Below, piece after piece: positions 9,401 to 15,837 of a DNA stretch of 64,000 nucleotides. This DNA comes from Nitrospira sp. GTDB lineage: Bacteria > Nitrospirota > Nitrospiria > Nitrospirales > Nitrospiraceae. The position numbers and the translations under genes are program-made. The DNA lies in the NCBI GenBank assembly GCA_047150005.1, contig AP038806.1, forward strand, positions 1,984,001 to 2,048,000, in the 5' to 3' direction. The notes under the pieces are model-generated. The model was given only the letters and a program-made list of their open reading frames with translations. It had not been told where the DNA came from and searched no databases. How positions within the stretch are numbered: the first letter of the stretch is position 1; the number at the start of each line of letters is the position of its first letter.

Positions 9401-11240
9401 CCATATCCGGGGATCCTTCCGCGAGATCGTGACGCAGGTCATGGATTCCAATCCCAGGACGGCGGAGTTGATCACGGCGGACAATCCCCAAATCAAGGTC
9501 GGCGCGATCTCCGTGGACGGCACGCCGTCCGCGGTCTATCCGGCCAAGCTCAACCTGTCGCCGATGAGGTTCTTGAACGGCGGCGAGGCGACGACCGGAA
9601 GCGGCTACAACATGCGCGTCGAGCCGTTCTCGGTGCGGTTGGCGAACCATCCGGATCCGTCGCAGTTGTTCAGCAGCCGGATTCACGGCGATCCCGAGAC
9701 CCCGATGTTGCGGGCGTACCTGGGTGACCCGGTGGTGGTCCGGTTGATCGAAGGATCGGCGAACGAAGTGCATTCCTGGCACATCAGCGGGCACTGGTTC
9801 CCGATGGAGCGCTACAGCAAAAACTCCATTCCCCGGAGCACGTTGCACGTGGTGATCGGGGAGCGGTACGACGCGGCGATTCCTGCCGCCGGCGGGCCGC
9901 AGCGGATGGCGGGCGACTATCTCTATTACAGCGGTCGCGCGTCGCACTTCGCGGAAGGCAGCTGGGGCCTTTTCCGGGTTCTGGACCAGGCCGATGCAAC
10001 GTTGAAACCGCTGCCAGGGCGGGAAGAGATTCCGCAGTCGGCCAAGTCTGTCTGTCCGGCCGACGCGCCGGTGAAAACCTTCAACGTCGCCGCCATCGAC
10101 AAGGCGATCCGCTACAACAAGGGCACGCCCGGTGTGATGGAGGTGGACCTGGAGCGGAAGATGGTGCTGGGTAACGAAACCGGCAAGATGTACGTCCTCG
10201 AAGGCGAAAAAACCAAGGTTGCCTCCGGGAGTCTTGAGCCGAGCCCGTTGACCCTGCACGTCAACGTCGGCGATTGCATCAAGGTCCATCTGAAGAACGA
10301 GATGGCCAAGGACCGGGCCGGATTCCACGTGGACAATCTGGCGTTCGACCCCAAGGAATCGATGGGGATCAACGCCGGGAACAACCCCGGTGATCAGACG
10401 GTCGCACCGGGTCAGGGCCGGACCTATACGTTCTATGCCCATCCGGAGTTCGGGGAGAATGCGGCCCTGATTCAGGATTGGGGGAATGTGGTTGAGAATC
10501 CGCGGAACGGGCTTTTCGGAGCGATCGTCATCGGTCCGAAGGGCTCGCAGTATCGCGATTCGGTGACGGGGGAGGATGTGGCCCAGAAGAGCGCCTGGCG
10601 GGCGGACGTGATCGTGGATCGGAGCGTGCCGGGGAATGAAACCCGGCAGAACTACCGGTCTTTCACGCTCTTGTTCCAGGATGAGGACAACATCATCGGC
10701 ACCAGCTTCATGCCGTACATTCAGAAAGTGGCCGGCGTGACGGCGGTGAACTACCGGTCCGAGCCGACGGATTACCGCACCGAGAAAGGCTGCGCATACA
10801 GCGAAGTCTTTGCCTGCGTGAAAACGGGCGACCAGCCCGTGACGCCGACCATCGCGGCGCACGTCGGCGATCCGGTCGTGATCCATGTCCTGGGTGCCTT
10901 CAGCGAACAGGTGCAGCTCTTCAGCGTGTCGGGGCATGAGTGGAAACATGAGCCCTACATGAGCGGAGCGGATCTCGTGAGCACCATGGAATTCGGCGGC
11001 TCCGAAGTGATCAATGCCTGGTTGCACGGCGGGGCTGGAGGACCGAACGGGATTCCGGGCGATTATCTCTGGCTCAACCAGCGTCCCGGCTATCTCGATG
11101 CCGGTCACTGGGGCATGTTGAAGGTGCTGGACCGTGACAGTCGCGCGATCCTGCCGTTGAACGGGCAGGCGCCAGCCACGCAGCAAGCGGAAGAGCAGGC
11201 TCCGGCTCAATCGGTGCCGGTGTCGATGAAGGCCAAGTAG
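6492..11240 (+). CDS. giant secreted multicopper oxidase 1 (six cupredoxin-like domains, MnxG-like)
   Basis: HSHHLHG, FHCHIPQHYVTGM (type-1 Cu), LHPH, WHDH, HSWHISGH, repeated PLVIRANxGDC-type domain starts; signal-like N-terminus; ATG 6492 follows AAGGAGG (ORF track start 6465). Confidence 0.88.
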   Translation: MREIPGSHRRGGPRAAGLPAALLVSSLLTTTMGLAADQHAHDGDAQGGSAEKVIFREGGSVLHDRMMEEVKRQQEYIGQKGAYSTGANSHMLQQGVLLVAEDPAKISVNNGQRCPTNAPVKEYHLSAINIEITLSRFLDYFPGYMYVLTENVEKARAEEALNKAARDKENDPGAVSNGLQGDVIQPLVIRANQGDCLKLTLQNDIAEEATNLIINGSSLVVSATGKPATPSNADATVPAGGTQSFEWYIKPDTQEGARFFRSHASRDQFNQGLIGMLVVEPRGSRYLSPFNGKPMASGWEAMIEDPNGADFREFAIFYHEAGDEAFRLLNKKGEMLPQRDPHTDSYRPGARLLNYRSEPHGTRIELQAHMGFYGDESMAYGSYTFGDPATTIPRSYLGDPAKFRMAGGSEIVHSHHLHGGSIRWARQPGNSNLDFAASSNGPVKFPLISDNSDRLDVQSIGPTEIYDQVIEGGSGGLQALAGEFVFHCHIPQHYVTGMWGFWRVYNTLQAPGFQTDVMMPLVELPDRVGRMKTGMTSDKLVGTTVDWYGGKKFEITKDKTDWKANPTKVSLKDWVEMQLPPQGKPGHKNTEKEQTLAYDSTVNDWAWEGHKALSELETSYEWVNYKSTTPGKRQEILFDPKSGKLSWPWLRPHLGRRVPFSPSHSGAPWLEPIHRRDDGSNSTEPAKPGENGPWSLCPAGAPLKTFNIHAITLPITLKKATAKTPAIVDPQGLLYVLHEEETEVRKNPAKQMPLVIRGNVQDCIDVVYKSELKDDERQGFSSKTNLHPHMFQFDTQASDGPIIGFSYEMSLRPFTILKEEHPGKGMPVPMNTTLEADAAKGATSIKVKDASRYHVKTELGVGMDEVDGFESARISRIEGNTIVFERPLKHNHKKGEIASVEWIRERWYVDADFGTTFWHDHVFGLDGWGHGFYSTFIAEPPRSTYHDPVTGKELRSGPVADIHTTEPVSAHIRGSFREIVTQVMDSNPRTAELITADNPQIKVGAISVDGTPSAVYPAKLNLSPMRFLNGGEATTGSGYNMRVEPFSVRLANHPDPSQLFSSRIHGDPETPMLRAYLGDPVVVRLIEGSANEVHSWHISGHWFPMERYSKNSIPRSTLHVVIGERYDAAIPAAGGPQRMAGDYLYYSGRASHFAEGSWGLFRVLDQADATLKPLPGREEIPQSAKSVCPADAPVKTFNVAAIDKAIRYNKGTPGVMEVDLERKMVLGNETGKMYVLEGEKTKVASGSLEPSPLTLHVNVGDCIKVHLKNEMAKDRAGFHVDNLAFDPKESMGINAGNNPGDQTVAPGQGRTYTFYAHPEFGENAALIQDWGNVVENPRNGLFGAIVIGPKGSQYRDSVTGEDVAQKSAWRADVIVDRSVPGNETRQNYRSFTLLFQDEDNIIGTSFMPYIQKVAGVTAVNYRSEPTDYRTEKGCAYSEVFACVKTGDQPVTPTIAAHVGDPVVIHVLGAFSEQVQLFSVSGHEWKHEPYMSGADLVSTMEFGGSEVINAWLHGGAGGPNGIPGDYLWLNQRPGYLDAGHWGMLKVLDRDSRAILPLNGQAPATQQAEEQAPAQSVPVSMKAK

Positions 11241-11261
11241 CCGAGGGACGAAACGCCGAGG

Positions 11262-11306
11262 AATGGGGGAGTCCGGTCGTCAGTTCCGGATTCCCCCGTT
11301 TCTTTT
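11262..11306 (+). terminator. GC-rich hairpin with T-rich tail (intrinsic terminator or attenuator)
   Basis: AATGGGGGAGTCCGG-9 nt loop-CCGGATTCCCCCGTT followed by TCTTTT. Confidence 0.65.
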
Positions 11307-11362
11307 CCGATAGAGGCACAACCATCTTGAAGCGGCCATGATGGCTGGGCTAGAACCATGTT

Positions 11363-11989
11363 ATGAGCGAAACAGGAACTCGGACGATGTGTCGCGGACT
11401 GGCGTCCGCAGCGATGCTGGTGTTCTGCCTGTGGACCGCTTCGGGAGATGCGCGGGAGTTTTCCGCCGAGCGGGTCGTCAAAAGCGGGAAGAACACCGTG
11501 ACGGCGCAAGTCAACGCGAAGGACGATCGCTGGCGCTTCGAATACTCTCACCCGCAGCGGTGGGGGGCGAACGTCGTCATCGTGCGGGCCGACCAAGACA
11601 GGGCCTGGATGATCTTGTCGAAGCGCCGACAGTACGCCGAGGTGCCCATCGCCCCGGAGCATCGGCTGAACGTCGGGGAGGCAATGCCCGGCGAGCAGTC
11701 CCGCGAGTTCGTCGGGGCGCAGACGCTCAACGGCTATCCCACGGAATTGTTCGAGGTGACGGTTGGAGAGGAGGGCGGAGCACGGCAATATTACCGCTGG
11801 GTGACGAAGCAGGAGAGGTTTCCCATCAAGACGGTGAGCAAGCAAGGCGATTGGTCGGAGGAATATCGCCACCTTATCTTTACGGAACAGTCATCGTTCC
11901 TCTTCGAGTTGCCGCAACGGCTCGATCCGGTGGAGCCGCCGCCGGGGAAGAGCGGCGGCGAGCAGGGGGATGAACAGAAAGGAGCATAG
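11363..11989 (+). CDS. exported DUF4412/LolA-like fold protein
   Basis: Signal peptide; EFSAE..RFE..IVRADQDRAWMI..VGAQTLNGYPTE..FPIK pattern. Confidence 0.65.
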   Translation: MSETGTRTMCRGLASAAMLVFCLWTASGDAREFSAERVVKSGKNTVTAQVNAKDDRWRFEYSHPQRWGANVVIVRADQDRAWMILSKRRQYAEVPIAPEHRLNVGEAMPGEQSREFVGAQTLNGYPTELFEVTVGEEGGARQYYRWVTKQERFPIKTVSKQGDWSEEYRHLIFTEQSSFLFELPQRLDPVEPPPGKSGGEQGDEQKGA

Positions 11990-11992
11990 GGA

Positions 11993-12754
11993 GTGACACG
12001 ATTGATCGTGGTCGGGATGGCGCTGGGCGCACTCGTCGTCGCCTCGGGTCCCGTAGAGGCCGGCGCCTACGACGCCGGCGCCGTGACGGAGGGCGCGACG
12101 GTGCAGGGCAGGGTCTCCTTCAAGGGAAATGTGCCGGAGCCAAAGGAATTCGAGCTACGCCGGTATCCGGATCGCGTATTTTGCGGGGCGCTGTCGAACG
12201 GCGACGGCTATCGGCTCTTCAAAGACGTGAATGTCGGGGCGGACGGCGGACTCAAAGATGCGGTTGTGGTCATCGAAGGCGTCACGAATGGCAAACCCTT
12301 TCATTTCACCGAGGCGCAAGTTGAGGCGAACATCTGCCAGTTCCTCCCGTTCGTCACGGTGGTGAGCGACAAGCGGCAATTGACCGTCACCAATCGCGAT
12401 CCCGTGTCGCACGATATCCAAGGCTACGCCTACGATCAGGCTGGCGTGGACATCGTGCTGCATCGACCGTCGTTGAAAGCCACCGGGACGACGGAGACGG
12501 TGCATCTGGTTAAGGGGCGGAAAATCTTCACCATGCAGTGCGGGATGCATCCCTACATGCAGAGTTGGGGCTATGCGATCGACAATCCCTACTACGCCGT
12601 GACGGACCTCGAAGGCGCATTTTCCATCGGCGATCTTCCTCCCGGCACCTACAACGTGAAAGCCTGGCATCCGGTTCTGGGATTTCGGGAGCGTTCGGTG
12701 ACGGTCGAGCCGAACGCCGTCGTGACGCTGGATGTCCTCTTTGAGGCGAAATGA
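11993..12754 (+). CDS. exported cupredoxin-like / carboxypeptidase-regulatory-like domain protein, copy 1
   Basis: Signal peptide; CQF, SHDIQ, CGMHPYM (His...Cys-x2-His-x2-Met), GAFSIGDLPPGTYNVKAWHP. Confidence 0.78.
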   Translation: MTRLIVVGMALGALVVASGPVEAGAYDAGAVTEGATVQGRVSFKGNVPEPKEFELRRYPDRVFCGALSNGDGYRLFKDVNVGADGGLKDAVVVIEGVTNGKPFHFTEAQVEANICQFLPFVTVVSDKRQLTVTNRDPVSHDIQGYAYDQAGVDIVLHRPSLKATGTTETVHLVKGRKIFTMQCGMHPYMQSWGYAIDNPYYAVTDLEGAFSIGDLPPGTYNVKAWHPVLGFRERSVTVEPNAVVTLDVLFEAK

Positions 12755-13272
12755 CGGGAGCCCTGATGGCACGCAGCCGGGTTGTGGCTCTTGTCATGCT
12801 TCTGACAGCGCTTGCGTGCGGCTCCTCGACGGCGGCGGAGCGGGAGTCCGCATCGGCGGGACGGGTTGAAGTCGTGTTGGCGCAAGAGCTTCGCAAGAAC
12901 GAGGCCGCGGTCAAGCAGGACTTTGCCGATGTCGGCCTCACGAACGTCCATGTGCAATTCATGAAAGCGGGACGGCCGCCGAGGAATCTCGGTCTCGGGC
13001 CCAAGGTGACGGCTGATCGAGCGCGGGCCGCCATCCGGATGGCCGAGAAATACAACGGCGGGATCACGATCTTGCTGCCGGAACGGCTCTTTCCCGACCA
13101 CTATGTCACGATCGCGTCCTCCAGCTTCGACGATACGGTCGAATATCCGATCGACAAGGCAGCGCTGAAAGAGCTGGAAAATTCTTCGCTCACGACCGAG
13201 CAGTTTCATGAACTCTACCGCCGTCTGACGCCGGCGGATCAACCGCCGGTGAAGAAAGGCCGGGTGTTCTGA
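12751..13272 (+). CDS. conserved hypothetical lipoprotein, copy 1
   Basis: ATGA overlap with the upstream gene; lipobox-like ALAC; clear paralog at 21490-21996 (LLPERLFP..VTIASSxFDDTVEY). Confidence 0.75.
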   Translation: MTGALMARSRVVALVMLLTALACGSSTAAERESASAGRVEVVLAQELRKNEAAVKQDFADVGLTNVHVQFMKAGRPPRNLGLGPKVTADRARAAIRMAEKYNGGITILLPERLFPDHYVTIASSSFDDTVEYPIDKAALKELENSSLTTEQFHELYRRLTPADQPPVKKGRVF

Positions 13273-13679
13273 TGAGATTTACACAGATTCTTTGCGGAGT
13301 CGTACTCTATGGTTCGGTCGGTATCTTCACGGCCCAGGCCGGACCGCCGAAAGAAATTCAGGATCATGGCAAGGCGATGGTCAGGGATGCCGAGGAAATG
13401 GTGATGCACGGAGGCATGGGCGACGGCAAGGCCATTGTGCATCACTGCGCCGAAGCCTCGAGACAGGCCGAAGCCATTCTCACGTTGTTGCAGCCGACCG
13501 ATGAACAGGGCCGAGAGGCCGTACCGCACTTGCAGGAAGTCATCAAGCAGTGCAAGCGGGTAGCCGAAATGGGAGACAAGGTCGATCCCGGCGCAAGCCT
13601 GAATCCCGCCACCAAAGCCCGCGCGGCGGCAAGGGAGGCGATGAAGCATCTCTCGGCCATGAAAGACAGCGGCGCGTAA
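13272..13679 (+). CDS. SmbP-like small periplasmic metal-binding helical protein
   Basis: Signal peptide ending AQA; periodic His/Met/Cys (AEEMVMHGGMGD..VHHCAEA..HLQEVIKQ..AMKHL) resembling Nitrosomonas SmbP. Confidence 0.6.
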   Translation: MRFTQILCGVVLYGSVGIFTAQAGPPKEIQDHGKAMVRDAEEMVMHGGMGDGKAIVHHCAEASRQAEAILTLLQPTDEQGREAVPHLQEVIKQCKRVAEMGDKVDPGASLNPATKARAAAREAMKHLSAMKDSGA

Positions 13680-13692
13680 AACATACAACACT

Positions 13693-14319
13693 TTATCGCT
13701 GTTCCGTTTTCGGCACGATCGGACTCACCGCGTTCTGATCTCGTCCCGGTTGATAGGTCTCCAGCATGTGCGTGATCGTCGGCATCACTCGTTCTTCCGC
13801 GGAGAGCGGCAGTCTGATGCGGATCCCGCGGCCCTCGTTGCGGCCGAGGGAAAAGATGTGGTGCTCGATCATGTCGCCCTGCTTGTCATCCGAATAGGTG
13901 AAGGTCAATTGTTTCGCGGGGAATCCGGCCAGCGACAGCTCCCGATCCTGCCGCCACTTCAGCGTGATCATTTTCTTGCCGTAGAGTTCCGTGATGATGC
14001 GGCGATGGGCCGCGGCAAATTCGTCGAGCGTCTGCCGTTTGTCCTGGCTCTTACCCTCCAAGACGTTCATATGGCCGGATAGTGCGACAAGGCTGTTGTC
14101 GATCGGCGGGTAGAGTGTCACGCCGACCCCGTCCGGCATCGGATTGCCAAGACGCCAGGTTTCAGGGTATCGGACGGAGAAGCCGAAGCGGGCGTTCGTA
14201 TAGAGTTTCCATGCTCGGTCGTCGTTCCCCGACGCAGCGGCAAGAGCGGTGCGGGTCGTGAGGTCAAGGCTTGTCACAATCGCCGCCAGCAGGCACAGCC
14301 AAATCATCTGAGTCCTCAT
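13693..14319 (-). CDS. exported protein, PsbP/DcrB-like
   Basis: MRTQMIWLCLL signal; WKLYTNARFGFSVRYPETW; start reassigned to ATG 14319 because the longer ORF overlaps the neighbouring gene. Confidence 0.6.
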   Translation of the reverse strand: MRTQMIWLCLLAAIVTSLDLTTRTALAAASGNDDRAWKLYTNARFGFSVRYPETWRLGNPMPDGVGVTLYPPIDNSLVALSGHMNVLEGKSQDKRQTLDEFAAAHRRIITELYGKKMITLKWRQDRELSLAGFPAKQLTFTYSDDKQGDMIEHHIFSLGRNEGRGIRIRLPLSAEERVMPTITHMLETYQPGRDQNAVSPIVPKTEQR

Positions 14320-14327
14320 ACGCGACA

Positions 14328-15260
14328 CTATCGGACGGACCGCGCGCAGCGAAACCCGATGGTCGCGGCGCGCCGATCCGGCGCTGATCCGCTTCTGGTC
14401 GCGCTTCGCAACAGAGGCAGCGAACTCTTCCAAGATCCTCCCCGCACCACCCTGTAGCGCCCGACGGACGGTCCTTGGGGATTGCGGTCCGGCATGGTCG
14501 CATAGTAGTCGATCCCGTACCAGTCTTCGACCCACTCCGCCGCATTGCCCGCCATATGATGCAACCCATAGGGGCTTCGGCCCTCCTCGCCGCTTCCAAC
14601 AGAGGCCACGATGGGAATGTCGTGGACGTGATACTGACCGAACATCGCCAGCGCCGGGGTGGGCGGGCCCTGTCCCCAGGGGAAGAGATTGCCTCCGTCT
14701 CCGCGCGCGGCCTTTTCCCACTCGGCTTCCGTCGGGAGCCGTTTATCCTCTGCGCGGCAAAAGCCCGAGGCCTCCGGCCAGGTGACGTAGAGTGCCGGCC
14801 AACGCGCCAGCGTTTCTGGCGACAGGGCGTGAATGGTCATGACATGGTCGATCAGCTTCTGTAGGGGTTCGGGGATCCGGTGTTGTTGCCGATTGAGCCA
14901 CAGTAAGTATTCTCCCAGGCTGACCTCGTCCCGGTCGATCTCGAATCGATCGAGCCAGACGCGACGCTGAGGCTGTTCGGTATCGTCGTATTGGAGCTCG
15001 AGGTTGAACGGCCCCTCGATCGCGCGAGCGGTGCCCATCAAAAAGGGGCCTTCGGGGATGGTCACCATCGCCGAGTGGTTGGCGAGCGCCGCGATGTTCT
15101 CGATACGGTCCTCCGCGTTCTGCATCGCCGCCGTCGCAGGGTGGAAACAGAGCACACCGGTGATGGTCGCGAGGAGGAAATAGAGGAGGAAATAATGAAT
15201 GAGAACCTGAGGCCTGTGCTGAACTCGGCTCATGTATCCCGGTGCGTGGCCGTTCTGCAT
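14328..15260 (-). CDS. formylglycine-generating-enzyme (SUMF1/FGE-sulfatase) fold protein
   Basis: FLMGT, EQPQRRV, RLPTEAEWEKAARG, MAGNAAEW, RVVRGGSW, GFRCA; hydrophobic N-terminus; start uncertain. Confidence 0.88.
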   Translation of the reverse strand: MQNGHAPGYMSRVQHRPQVLIHYFLLYFLLATITGVLCFHPATAAMQNAEDRIENIAALANHSAMVTIPEGPFLMGTARAIEGPFNLELQYDDTEQPQRRVWLDRFEIDRDEVSLGEYLLWLNRQQHRIPEPLQKLIDHVMTIHALSPETLARWPALYVTWPEASGFCRAEDKRLPTEAEWEKAARGDGGNLFPWGQGPPTPALAMFGQYHVHDIPIVASVGSGEEGRSPYGLHHMAGNAAEWVEDWYGIDYYATMPDRNPQGPSVGRYRVVRGGSWKSSLPLLRSATRSGSAPDRRAATIGFRCARSVR

Positions 15261-15439
15261 GGAGCGTCACGGTACAACCAATAACGCGCTCACTATAGAG
15301 CGAGGCATTCCTCAGCACAAGGTCCCGAAGCCTCTTCACACCTGGCTGTCTCCTCGACCTCTTCCCAGGCAGGACGAAATACTCTGGTGCCCCGGGGTCT
15401 CTTCGGCGTGGAGGCGACGAGATCGGGTGAACTGATCAG

Positions 15440-15457
15440 TGGGGCATACGCGCCCCA
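15440..15457. promoter_or_regulatory. putative enhancer (UAS) palindrome, copy 3: TGGGGC-N6-GCCCCA
   Basis: Perfect 6-bp inverted repeat, same motif as at 4573 and 6131. Confidence 0.55.
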
Positions 15458-15494
15458 ATGAGTCTTGTTGCATGGACACCATTGAACTGTTGAA

Positions 15495-15507
15495 TATCAG
15501 AGTCTTG
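15495..15507 (+). promoter_or_regulatory. IHF-like site
   Basis: TATCAGAGTCTTG matches WATCARNNNNTTR and lies between the UAS and the sigma54 element. Confidence 0.35.
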
Positions 15508-15621
15508 CGAGTGACACATTCATGTGCTGGTGCGCTGACGCCCCATCACGATCATTCTGTATCCGTCAGAATCGTATACGAAGCCGCGCAATATCGTGAA
15601 AACCGCTTTTCTGAAGCAACT

Positions 15622-15636
15622 CGGAACGATAGTTGC
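15622..15636 (+). promoter_or_regulatory. sigma54 -24/-12 promoter of multicopper oxidase 2
   Basis: CGGAACGATAGTTGC: GG 15623-24, N10, GC 15635-36. Confidence 0.55.
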
Positions 15637-15837
15637 TCCACCTGTCGCCGATTTTGCGGTGCCGGCTTGTCCGAACTGCGAATATCGGAAGTGTCTGGTG
15701 GGGGAAGCGGGAAAAGATGGACTGGCCTCCTGATGATCCCTCCGATGAAAATTGGCCTTCACCAGACTCCAAATTCACCGAGCCAAAGTCATCCCCAGTA
15801 CGGCGTGTTGACCCATTGATTGAGGAGGGCTGAACCT

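Noticed and set aside
8472..11210. 912-aa minus-strand ORF
   Set aside because: Antisense shadow of oxidase 1 caused by high-GC codon bias; no motifs, and the equivalent frame is broken in oxidase 2
14320..14721. N-terminal extension of the 342-aa ORF at 13693-14721
   Set aside because: Overlaps the FGE-fold gene in another frame; a signal peptide begins at ATG 14319
15730..15752. CTGATGA...GAAA hammerhead-ribozyme core words in the oxidase 2 leader
   Set aside because: No proper stem II between the words and no consistent stems I/III with an NUH site
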